Assembly (NCBI RefSeq): GCF_006345805.1
Contig: NC_043008.1
Coordinates: forward strand, 49,104,001-49,168,000
Origin: Octopus sinensis
Lineage: Eukaryota
DNA: 64,000 bases
Direction: 5' to 3'
Position 1 is the stretch's first letter, and the number at the start of each line of letters is the position of its first letter. Both the position numbers and the translations under genes were made by a program. Positions 39,386-51,049 of the stretch are shown here, in pieces. The notes beneath the pieces were generated by a model. It saw only the letters and a program-made list of their open reading frames with translations, made no database searches and was not told the origin of the DNA.

Positions 39386-40106
39386 GAAGTTGATGCATTT
39401 TGCCCTTATGATATTTGGACACATTTATCTTGCAACTCTAAATACTTTTAGTTAGCTAAAATATTAAGTCGTAATTCTCTAGCCATTTTCCAATAGTAGC
39501 GCCAATTTGTGGTAGCTGGCAATTTGAAAATGGCTACACGCTACACTGGCATGTGTTGGATGGTTTAACAGTATCAGGTAGGTCAGACAACCACATCTTG
39601 CTTGAACATCTCAGCTCTCTCTCTACCTCACACTCATATGAAAGTTTCCAAATTCCACTCAGAACAGATTGGTCAACCCAAGACTATGGCAGAATGCATT
39701 GTTTTAAGTTCTACATTGTGGGACTGAATCCTAAACCAAATGACAGTTGGAAAGCAAACTTTACATCCATAGTTGTTACCACTCATTGTATTAATCCATT
39801 TTAAAAATGTAATAAACATATTTCAAAACCAAGAATTGTTCAAATCAGTTCTATATGTAGAAACTAAATGCCAACGACAAGAGGTTTGGGTTTTTTTTTA
39901 ATTGATTGTTCTTGGAAAAATTCTGAGGTCTTAAAAAAAGCGTTTTATCTCTTGTATCTTCATTTTAGCATAAAATTCATTACTTATTGACCAATTTTCC
40001 TTGTAAAAAAAAAACAGGTGGGTTTTTTTTTTCTTTTCTCTTGAAATTTTATGCCCACATTTGTTAATGAACCCCCCAAACACACACACAGAGCAGAGTA
40101 ATATAC

Positions 40107-40182
40107 CTGATATTTCTCAGCATCTTCGGCAGAAACTAAGCCCGCATTTGGTCTTCCATGCTTTAACGTGTCCATGTGTTGG
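40107..40182 (-). CDS. Exon upstream of the BEN exon (duplicated exon, copy A)
   Basis: tttctttctcatattag acceptor, CAG/GTATAT donor; 76 nt, phase 2 to 0; QHMDTLKHGRPNAGLVSAEDAEKYQ. Confidence 0.7.
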
Positions 40183-40385
40183 CTAATATGAGAAAGAAAA
40201 ATGTAATTTAATACACAGATTATAAATATATATACACACAAAAACACCCTGGAAATATATTTATACGTAGGAAGGGGAGGGGACAAATGCCACAATAAAC
40301 AAGAATAAAATATCACCAGCAAGGGCTAATGAGTTATACATAATTATACGAATGCATACTTCTGTTAATGAACACAGAGTTACAC

Positions 40386-40453
40386 CTGATATTTTTCAGC
40401 TTCTTCAGCAGAAACTGAACCAACATATGGTCTTCCATACTTTTGCACAAATC
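40386..40453 (-). CDS. Duplicated exon, copy B (alternative exon or pseudoexon)
   Basis: 68 nt, phase 1 to 0; FVQKYGRPYVGSVSAEEAEKYQ, clearly paralogous to copy A; weak AAG acceptor, CAG/GTGTAA donor. Confidence 0.5.
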
Positions 40454-40476
40454 CTTTTAAAACAATTGTGAATATA

Positions 40477-41600
40477 TTGGGTCATCCCATAAATAAAGCA
40501 AGTTCTTTTTAATATTTATTTTATTTTTCAAAATTAAGATAAAGTTCTTCTTTAATCTAAAATATACACTCCTTCATTTTCTACAATGCTCTTCCATCTA
40601 TCTGGTATACTTGCAAGGCCCCTCTTCCAAAATTCATTTGTCCGTGACGAAAAATACTCCTCCAATACTGTTCTGACTTTGTCTACAGAATTAATATTCT
40701 TTCTGTCCAAATGATTTTGATGACTGCGGAATAAATGATAATCAGATGGGGCAATGTCTGGCGAATGTGGTGGGTTGGGCATCGTTTCCCATTCAAACTG
40801 CTCCAGCCTTTGGAATGTCTTCTTCACTGTATGTGGCCAAGCATTATCCTGATGGAAGAACACCTTTTGTCTTGGAACCAAAGATGGTCGTTTTTCTTCT
40901 AGCACTGACTTAAACTGTTTGCAGTAGATCTCCTTTGTTATCGTTTGGTTTGGGTTTAAAAGTTCAAAGTGGACTAAACCTTTCATATCCCACCAAACAG
41001 ATAACAACACCTTACGTGGGTGAAATCCTTCTTTAGCCTGGGGTGCTGGTGTTTCTCCTTTCCCTACCCACCATCTTTGGCGCTTGACGTTTTTATAGAG
41101 AACCCATTTCTTGTCACCAGTCACTATTCAGTCCAAAAAAGGTTAATTCCTGACACATGACAGCAAACAAAAACACACATTCACTCTTTGTGTGTGACTG
41201 GACTTCGAAAGTTTGTGAGGAACCCACTGACCCAATCTGCTGACTTTTCCAATGGCACTCAGGTGTCGATGGATGGTTGAATGACCAAATCTAAGCTTCT
41301 CTGCTAGTTCCTCAACAGTTACAATAGGATTTTGTTCCACCAAGATTTGCAGGATGTCCTCGCTGAGCTCTACAGATCTTCCAGGACGAGGCTTGTCTTC
41401 TAGGCTGTAGTTTCCCCACTAGGAATTTCTGGAATCACTGTTGACACTGGTTTACACTTATTGTCCAATCCCCCATATTGCATTAATATTTCTCACACTC
41501 TCTGTCGTGTTGTTGCCTTTATTGAACTCATAAAGCAAAATATACCGAATATGCTCCTTTGTCACTTCCATTATAGCTTTGAAAAAAATAACTGTGTCGT
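40477..41600 (-). mobile_element. mariner (DD34D) transposon, defective
   Basis: start MEVTKEHI at 41571; TGDKKWVLY, HQDNAWPH, SPDIAPSDYHLF with 34-residue spacing; TIR-like ttgggtcatcccataaat after TA at 40475-6; other TIR not found. Confidence 0.92.
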
Positions 41601-41714
41601 GTCACAACACCCTGGTATGTCACAACGCACCAATGTGTCCCAAATCACTGATGTGCCATAAAGACTATCTACAGACACCACAGATTTTTTTTCTCTTTTT
41701 AATATAGTTTAAAG

Positions 41715-41908
41715 CAATGGGTCTCAACCTTTTTAATATCTAAGCCAAATCTTGGGGTTTTTTCTAGCAGGGGTGGTCACACCAAATCAAGAAAAACACA
41801 AACCAATTAAAGAAAACTTTATATTTATAAAGAGGGAAGAATGTTGAGGGTGGCCAGAAAGATGTTTGAGAGCCACAAGCTACCTCGAGGGCGGCATTTG
41901 AGAACTAG
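41715..41908. mobile_element. hAT (Charlie-like) MITE
   Basis: perfect 8-bp TSD gtttaaag (41707-14, 41909-16); decayed cagtggttctcaa-type termini. Confidence 0.75.
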
Positions 41909-42040
41909 GTTTAAAGCTTTAGAAAACCAATAATTGTTTGAGCACCCTGAAAACATCTTAATAATAGCTGTATAAATAAAATTGTTATCCACAAATAAGA
42001 CTAATAAAATAAGCCAAGCAATAATGTTTATTTTTTTTAC

Positions 42041-42164
42041 CTTTCCGTGTGAAATATGTCAGTAATGCTTTTTCTTTGATTGCCAGTGCACCTCAGTGAA
42101 AAACACTGATATTCTTCAGAGGCCCAGAAACAGCTGTGATGGTGCCAACTATCATCACTTTCAC
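42041..42164 (-). CDS. Candidate internal exon of the BEN gene
   Basis: ccttcag acceptor, AAG/GTAAAA donor; only one open frame, phase 1 to 2 (ESDDSWHHHSCFWASEEYQCFSLRCTGNQRKSITDIFHTE), compatible with exon copy A. Confidence 0.4.
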
Positions 42165-42930
42165 CTGAAGGCTTTTCATCATCATTATCATCTAACATCC
42201 GTTTCCCATGCTGACATAGATTGGATGGTTTAGCAAAAGCTGGTAGGTCAGAAGACTGTACCAAACTCTACTGTCTGCCCTGGCATGGTTTCTATGGCTG
42301 GATGTCCTTTCTAATGCTAACCACTCTGCAGTGTACTGGGGATTATTTATGTGGTACTAGCAGTGGTAAGGTCACCAAATAATTTCAAGACAAAACCCCT
42401 CAAGTGAGAGGTGCAGGGCGGGGAGTAGTTTTGAGGATGGTGGCTTTGTACCAGATGAGAGGTCAGAGCATGAGGAGAGGAACCTGAATGCAAAACCTAT
42501 TTCTACTCATCAAAAGATATGCAATGCATGATTTTAGATTCATCAAGCAAAATAGTAAACTATTTAAAAATTCTTAAAGGAAAACATCATAGAATCCACT
42601 GAACTCCCTCATGGAGAGATCAGGCTAAAACATTGTCATCAATTTCTCAACTCCTGCCAAATCTTCACATTATCATCATCGCTTTAAAGTCCACTTAGCC
42701 ATGAAGGCATGGGTCAGATAAAAGTCTTGCTGAAGCCCTGGGATTGAACCTGGCACTTTGATTGCAGGGAAAGCTTCTTCACCACACAGCCATCCTTAAT
42801 TTCATACCAATATTTATTGAATTGCTGTTGACCATTTCTTGGGTTTATAATCTCATAGTTCATTGTTTTCTATACACAGAGGTGGCGGAAGGGGGACTGA
42901 TGTGGGGGATGTTGTGATTCTACTTTCCTT

Positions 42931-43400
42931 TAACCTTTTAGCATCTGAATCAGCAAGAACTGGCCAAAGATATTCTGTTTTACACTCAAACCAGCCAGAA
43001 CTGACATCTCCCATCTACTCTTACAATATCATTCAAATATAAACAGTCACTTCATCTCCATCACAAAGCTATGAGATAAATTGCTTGATTAATTCAAAAC
43101 TACGTGAATAAATAAGTGTAGGGTGTTCAAAAAGTCTCTCCGCAGTGAATTTTTTCTTTTTCCATCCCGACTCTTCAAGATGTATTTCAAAACATGTGTA
43201 GAAAAGTCAAACTTATGTATTGAAAATGAAGGACGATACTTTCAACACCTCTTGTAATATTTTTTAAAGTCTTGTAAAGTCTAATATATTCTTTTGTAGT
43301 CTTATACCATCTTATAAATATTTATTCTGCAATAAAATACTTACTGCGGAGAGACTTTCTGAACACCCTTGACGAAAGTATCAATCAAATAATTTATAGT
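42931..43400 (+). mobile_element. piggyBac-type MITE (family 1), interrupted by a nested MITE
   Basis: TTAA-cc(c)ttttagcat start; shares terminal and subterminal sequence with the 32875-34586 element. Confidence 0.65.
43119..43369 (+). mobile_element. Tc1/mariner-superfamily MITE (maT/rosa-like deletion derivative)
   Basis: 27-bp TIRs agggtgttcaaaaagtctctccgcagt (1 mismatch); interior retains a frameshifted transposase tail QDVFQNMCRK..CIENEGRYFQHLL*. Confidence 0.8.
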
Positions 43401-43543
43401 GGGTAAGTTCTCTCCCTTGCTTAAACCAAATTGAATCGGTTTCATTCAGTGATACGCAAAATGTAAGGCAGTCATGATAGGAGACCAGCATCCTTAAAGA
43501 CTTTATTCAACAACTGACACTACAACTCAACGAAAGAACTCAC

Positions 43544-43565
43544 CCACTATGTGATACAGGAATTC
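43544..43565 (-). CDS. Candidate 22-nt microexon
   Basis: cgtcttttag / GAATTCCTGTATCACATAGTGG / gtgagt; both splice sites strong; frame ambiguous (EFLYHIV or IPVSHS). Confidence 0.5.
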
Positions 43566-43644
43566 CTAAAAGACGCAGTATTAGAACATAGGCTTTAAGA
43601 GGAAACAATAAACTAAGATATTACAACTGAATAAATCACAAGCT

Positions 43645-43849
43645 AAACCTTTGGTGTTCGTAATTACTCTGTCGAATGTAATGCTTCCTTATTCTCATTG
43701 TTTTGAAGTAATCATGCATTAGCTTGAAGTTTTGAGATTTTGATGAGGAGATTATAGGGTAGGTGTGACATGCCAGGTCTGGCCAGTTTGAACATAAAAC
43801 AGGTTGAATATTTGGGCCAGATATGTCCACTGAAAATGAAAGGTTAATA
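43645..43849 (-). mobile_element. piggyBac-type MITE (family 1)
   Basis: reverse copy of family 1 ending aaaggttaa. Confidence 0.65.
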
Positions 43850-44296
43850 ACCCTTTTTATACCAACCTACCTAAACTTCATCTTGGTTCTATGATAAAAG
43901 ATCTTTCTGTTTTAAAGTGATGAATTAAAATCTTGCATCAACATTTCATGTCAATTTATTATCCAAACACCAGATTATTTCATTAAATTCTTTTTTAATT
44001 TTTAAAATTAACTGAAACAGCAGTGTTATAATCGTCACCATTCTAACATCCGTGTTTGCATGAGATAGACAGAATTCTTTCAGGCAAAGCCTTTGGTTGG
44101 GTGCTCTTCCAGTCACCAAGCCTCACCTGTTTCCAAGCAAGGTAATATTTTCCTAGGACCAGATATATTTCCACAGAAGTTTGGGAATGAAGGACACCAC
44201 ATGCATTAAGTAACACTCATTTACACCTATCATATGACATCAAGACAAAGACACATCACAGAGCCTAGAAAACTAGACACCATTATCAAAGCATAA

Positions 44297-47200
44297 TCGT
44301 CGTCATCATCATCGTTTAATGTCCACTTTCTATGCTGGCATGTGTGGGATGTAGTTTCACAAGAGCCGGCCAGGCAGAAGCCGGCACCAGAGTTCTGTGA
44401 CTGTTTTGGCAGGATTTTTACAACCGGATGCTCTTCCTAACACCAACCACTCAACAGAGTGGACTTAGTGCTTTTTACGTGACACAAGCACATGTGAGGT
44501 CAGTTTTGGCAAGGTTTTTACAGCTGGATGCCCTTCCAAACACCAACCACTTTACAGTGCGGACTGGATGCTTTTTAAGTGGCACCTACACTGAGAGGGT
44601 CACCAAGTACATGCAAGACAAAAAGAAAATCTTTTCAAAGAGGAGGGGGCATTAGAGGAGGTGATCTTGTCTCAGATGATGAACGGTTATAGTGAGAGAG
44701 ACAGACAGAAACAGGTGTCTTGCAGTAGAGGCGGTACAAGGTTACCCAGCCGGAGAGAGAGAGAGAGAAATCAGGGATGACGACAGAAACAGGTGTGCTT
44801 CCGGAAAGGAGATACATGGTTATCCAACCTGAGGGATGTGCAGAAGAGAGAGAGAGAGAGAGAGTGGGAGACAGTAGGATAGGGATAGTGGCAAAGTGCT
44901 GGGCATACTCACGAGGGACAAGGATCAGAATGTAAATGGGATGGTTGAGTAAAGGAAGAGAGAGAAAGAGATAGATGGTGGCAAGTGCCAGCGCATATCC
45001 GTGAGGTTCAAAAGTCATAATATAAGTGGCAGGATAGTACAAAAGAAGCATGATTAGAGAGTGGGAGGGAGTGGAAAAACCTGGGTATGGGGGGGTACTA
45101 GATGGCAATGATACAGAGAAACCAGGCCGTGAGGATAGGATTGGGGAAGTGAGAGGTAGGCATAGTGCATGGAGGAGGAGATGTGAGGAAGAGAAAAGAT
45201 GTAGAGATGTGGATTGGTTTGTTGGGGTAGGGTGTGCGAGAAGTTTTCTTGGTACATGTGGGTAGAAAACAAAGGTCGGATGGAGTGAGGTAGCAGATAG
45301 CAATGATACAGTGAGACAGGACCAAGAGGACAGGATTGGGGAGTGAGAGGTAGGCATAGTGCATGAAATGGAAATGTGAGGAAGAGAAGAGATGTAGAGA
45401 TGTTTCTTTGGTTTGTTGTGGTAGAGTGTATGAGAAGTTTTCTTGTTAACCACTTCTAGAACTCAGTTTCGCTGACATGGGCAGGTCTTCTGAACTTCAT
45501 ATCACCAGACATCTTGATCCGTTGTCATTTCCTCCATGAGGCCCAACATCCTGAGATCGGTCCTCACCACTTCATCCCACGTTTTCCTGAGTCTCCCTCT
45601 TCCGCAAGTGATTGGCACTTCCTTATGCAGCTGTCCTCATTCATGCGCATCACAAGTCCAAAACAACGTAGTCTTCTCTCTTGCATGCTACATTTGATTC
45701 CTCTTATCCCCAACTTTTCTCTCAATACATTTGCACTTTGTCGTACATGTGCACTGATGTTGCACATCCAACAGGGCATACCAACCTTCATTTCTCTCCA
45801 GTCTACGCATGTCTTCTGCATTCAGAGCCCATGTCTCACCACCATGGAGTATAACAGTTCGTACACAAGCATCATACAGTCTACCTTTCACTCTGAGAGT
45901 CTTTTTGTTGCCAACAGATGTAGTAGCTCTCTGAACTTCCTCCACCATTGCTAATTTGGTCACCTAGGTAACAGAAACTATCTACAACCCCAAGAGAGCC
46001 TCCTGGGCATTTGAGAGAATCTAGATCCCATGTGCACTTAGTGCTTATCATTCCTGCACATCTGCCACTGTACATGGCTTGGACAGCTCTAACAAGCCAA
46101 TCCTCCACTACTAGCTTCCTTAGAGACCACGATATAACAGAGCAGGGAACTCTGTCAAAAGCTTTCTCCAGGTCGACAAAGGCTAAGTACAATAGCTTTC
46201 TTTTGACCAAGTACTTTTCCTGCAGCTGTCTCACTAGGAAGATGGCATAAAACCAAACTGCATCTCATCTAGTTTAATTCTATTTCTAATCAATTGAGCT
46301 ACAACTCTCTCAGTAACTTTCATGACTTGGTCCAATAGTTTAATACCTCTGTAGTTGCTTCTATCTGTTGCATCACCTTTACCCTTGTAGCAGCTAACCA
46401 TAATGCTACTACACCAGTCACTGGGGATGGTGCCTTCCTGAATAACCAGATTAACTATACGGGTGACTAAGCTGTATCCTAAACCATTGGAAATTTTAAT
46501 CATCTCGGCAGTGATTCCTGATGACCCAGGGCCCTTTCCCTGTCTTCATGTCCTTCATTGTCTTATCTATTATGCTGTCATCAACTCTGGTGGCTGGTCC
46601 CTCAAATGGTTCAATATTTAGTAGACTCTCCATCTCCCATTCCTTTCCCACATTTAGTAACCTTTCATACTGACACTTCCATGCATTTTCCTTCTTTGAG
46701 TCACCAAGAGCAAGCATACCATTATCCATTCACACACGTTTCTCACCCACCACATCTCTATCTTCTCTGATACACTGCTTTGCAATCATCAACACCTCAC
46801 ACCTTTGATCCTCACACTGTAGAACATTTGCAAATCTCTTACCATCAGCTACTCCTTTTGCTATGTAAACCTGACACCTAGCGGCCCTTTTGGCTACCTG
46901 ATATAATTCTCTGCTTCCACCATTTTTCCAGTCTTTCCAGGAATGTCTTTTTGCTTTTATAATACTGTCAACCCCCTTGCTCCACCACCATGCCTCCTTT
47001 GGTCTAGCTGGGACTCTGCACCAACCACAGATTTCATCCACAGCCTTCAGTAGATTGTCCCTCAAGAACTTCCAGTTGTCCTCTAAGCTATATGTCCCCC
47101 AACTTTTCCTCTCTTTCGTCAGAGGCTTCCATAAGCAAATCTCTAAATTTTTGTCTCTTTGCTAGGCCTTTGAGCTTCCATAGTCTTCTTTTCCAGATTG

Positions 47201-48400
47201 GTTTACTTCTCCGAGTCTTTCTAGCTCTAATTCTGAAGTCACTAACTCGTAACCAAAGTTGGGTTCCACACTCTTCACCTGAGAAAGACTTTATATTTTT
47301 AAACATTCATCTATCTCATTGCCTGGTGAGAAGGTAGTCAATCTGGTTTATGTTCCCACCAGACTGATAAGTGATTAGGTGGCTCACTGGTTTTTTTGAA
47401 GTTAGTGCTGCAGATCATGAGATCTTTTGCATCACAGAACTCCAGCAGTCTTGTTCCCTCCTCATTTCTAGGTCCAAAACCATAGCCCTCATAGCCACTC
47501 CCTGGGGATGCTGTTTAACAAGTCTTTGTCATTTGTTGTTGAAGTAGTCTGCAAAAGGACCTCATAGAATTGGTCCGTCTGCTCATCAGCCAGCCCAGAC
47601 TGAGGAGCATAGGCAGAGATAAATGTAACTATTAATTTATCTATAAGTTTTATCTTAATTACCTATCACATGCTCTGACTACCTCATTTACCTTATCTAC
47701 CCACTTTTCTGCTAACAGTATCCCTACGCCACCTACTCTATTCTTCCTGCCAACCCAGAAGAATTTGAATCTTTGTCTCTTACTCATGAGGAATCTAGCT
47801 GAGGCTCTCCTCCATCTTACTTCTTGCACACCAGACACATCAACACGGCGTTGCTCCAACATTTCAATAATCTTCCCACTCCTTCCTTTCACTGTGCCAA
47901 CACTGATGGTAGCAGCCCTGAGATTGAGTACTTGGGAGTGGTGGCGAGAAAGCAGTTGTTGAAATTTTGTCATCACCTGAAAAAATCTGTGCAAATGTTT
48001 ACCAGCTAGCACAGAGCTTTGGTACATATTTTACTCAGTGAAATACAATGGATCACAGTTTCCCCCCATTTCATCCAATATCCAGAGCAAGAGCCAACAA
48101 GAGATGAAGTGGATATGAGAATAGGGAATGTAGGTTGACCTGAAAGAGAGGAATAGGGTGGTTACATAGGGTAGTTTAAGTATTATATGTCTAAAAATTT
48201 AAATATGAGATACCTTTAACAGTATATGATAATCATCTGCATGAAGGTATAAGAGTTAATCAAAATATGTACTCACACGTAGCACAGGAGTACGAGTCAC
48301 CAGGTGAAAATGTTAATATACGAATTAAAATGGTGGGGGGTGCATAACGGGGGTGCAAAATGGACGCTGGGCATAAACCTTGTGCAAACTAAGTTTACAC
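44297..48400 (-). mobile_element. RTE-clade LINE, near full length, degraded
   Basis: APE fragment (VGTVKGRSG...QEVRW...GGVGILLAEKWVDK); RT fragments (YKGKGDA.DRSNYRGIKLL, LAFVDLEKAFDRVP, FCYLGD, RRLRCFGLVMRM); long 3' UTR with an approximately 195-bp tandem duplication at 45.1-45.45 kb; (GAT)n tail; 5' edge approximate. Confidence 0.92.
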
Positions 48401-49170
48401 ACTACATAGCTAGATGGGCTTACAAGAAAAGCTGTAGTATTTAATTATTATTATTATTATTATTATTATTATAAAATATTAATACTAAATTATTATACAT
48501 GTGCATTTTAATCGGAAAATTTATCGCATAAGCATTTTGCAACAAGAAATTGGCTGAAATTGAAATGAAATTACATGTGGCCTTGGCAAACTAGATATTG
48601 AAAAGGGATGGGGGAGTCCTAGTTTCATTAAATAAGTCACATTTGAATAATAATGACAATAACTTAGCTGTTGATTCAAGAAAGTGCGAGCAATCAAGCA
48701 GGTGATTCATGAATGGCAGTGAAAACTTAATAAGATTATCTACTAAGAAAAACAACCAATGCCAATGTAAGCCATGTCCACAAAGTCTTTCCATTTTACT
48801 AGAATGAAGGACAACTCATAACAAGACAAAGTTATGAAAATCAACAAACAAGCATAACAAATATGTATTATCCTCATCAGCTGCCAAAACAGATATCACT
48901 GTGGTTTCCACACCAGAGCAGTACCACTCAATCTGGTTATGTTGGCCATTAAAAACAAACACTGCCTGGGAATCAATAGTAACCAGCAGGAATGAAATGG
49001 TATAGTATGTCCATTATGCCAACACCTGCTTGTTGCTACTGGCAATAATAACATCAAATTAATTAGTATTAACTTATATTTACAAAGCAGTACCTGTAAA
49101 ACGAAGAACTTACTCCCAAAAACAATACCGAGATCATAGTGCAAAGAAACAAGTGAATTAATCATATCAA

Positions 49171-49391
49171 CCCTTTCGTTACCAACCTGGCTGAAACCAG
49201 CTCTGGGTCTTTGGTATAAATGTCTTGTTTCCATAAGTTTTGAATTCAAATCTTCCACCAAATCTAAGTCACAATTTATGTTCCTAACACTAGCTCAATG
49301 ATAACGATGTTATTTTACTAAATTCTTTGTTATATTTTAAATAATTGGAAGAAACACAGAGCATCTCAACAGAAATACAGTAACAAAAGGG
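49171..49391. mobile_element. piggyBac-type MITE (family 2, about 220 bp)
   Basis: ccctttcgttac...gtaacaaaaggg termini flanked by TCAA/TTAA; decayed copies near 43.85-44.0 kb and 50.65-50.85 kb. Confidence 0.8.
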
Positions 49392-51049
49392 TTAAGGAAG
49401 AAAACTAATCGACCCCCTACAATCAGCATGACAACACCAACCCAAGAACTTAAAATATAAAGACTATACAACAAACACAGAGTACGAAATGCGTTGTTTC
49501 TATATCTATGTCATATATCACAAACATTGTGGAAGCTGTTCACTTGTTGCCACAAAAAGGGATGAATGTCTTGGTATCAAGATACGAAGAAAAATGACTG
49601 ACCGGAAATACAGACTTCACCAATAATTCAAGGAACATAGCAATATGACAGTCTTGTGGAAACTTAATTTAGTCTTTTCTACTCTAGGCATATCCCGAAA
49701 TTTTGGGGGGAGGGGGCCAGTCAATTAGATCAACCCCAATATGCAACTGGTACTGAATTTATTGACCTCAGCAGAATTTGAACTCAGAACATAAAGACAG
49801 ATGAAATGCCTATTTCTTTACTACCCACAAGGAGCTAAACACAGAAGGAACAAACAAGGACAGACAAAGGGATTAAGTTGATTATATCGACCCCAGTGCG
49901 TAACTGGTACTTATTTAATCGACCCTGAAAGGATGAAAGGCAAAAATCGACCTCAGCAGAATTTGAACTCCAAGCGTAGTGGCAGACGAAATACCACTAC
50001 GCATTTCACCCAGCATGCTAACATTTCATCCAGCTCGATGCATTATCACAAAAAGAGATACATATGTACAGTTGATTTATATCCTTCAAGTGCAACAACT
50101 CTTTATCTGTTTGATCATAAATATGTTTAGAAGTTTATTGTAGAAATTGTTATATAACAGCCGCGGCTTCTTTTTCATTTTCGTCTAGACGTCCAAACCA
50201 TGACTCAACGATCTTGGCTTTTTTTTTTTTTATTTTTTTTTCTGTGTTTTCTTCTAAATTTGCCAATGCTATCATACATGACGTTGTCGACCTCTACAAA
50301 AAATATGTGGCGCCAATTCGTAAAATATACATCACAACAAACATGAAACCACAGCAAAGACAAGCCCAATAAAAACTAGCAGAGCAATATATCCCATAGC
50401 CAATGTCCTTGAACAAGAAGAAAACAAGCACAGATCAATATCTATAAAATATATGTTCAATATTATAAAATAAATTAACCAAATAATTGCTTTTAATTAT
50501 AATGGAATTAAATTAAAAATTATATCTAAAAATATATAAAACAATAAAGACAAAGCAAAAAACTACCTAAAACAAATTATAACTATTAAAATGTCCTAAC
50601 TACAAAATGACTAAATAATCCGTTATTAATTAAACAGCCATTTTGTCCGTTACCAACAACTCTTTTCATACCAACCTGCCTGAGACCACTCCTGGTTTAT
50701 GATTTAAATTAAAACTTTCCATCAAAATATTCGGTTCATTTATGTTCCAAACACCAGCTTAATAGTGACAATTTTTTTCACTAAATCCATTTTTTCAAAA
50801 TTAATTGAAAAGTAAGGTATTTCATTTGGAATCTGGTAGCAAAAAGGTTAAGAGAGGATATCTACACAGGTAGCTACAAGAAGGTGATATTCATCGGCCA
50901 ATTAAAAAGTAATCAACTTGAGGCAGTTTCAATCTTTGAAGGAAACCCCATAAAATATATTTTACAGTAGTCTGGATAGCCTTCATGAGGAACTGACCCA
51001 GAGAACTGTGAGAACTAGGTTTTGGTTTGGAGTCTATTAAACAGCCATG

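Noticed and set aside
47930-47975. Apparent exon GDDKISTTAFSPPLP after ttttttcag (minus)
   Set aside because: Contiguous with the start of the RTE endonuclease ORF and has a weak donor; most simply part of the LINE.
49091-49112. Consensus donor GTAAGT and acceptor TTTTACAG 20 nt apart (minus)
   Set aside because: Too short for an intron, and no coherent exon could be built on either side.
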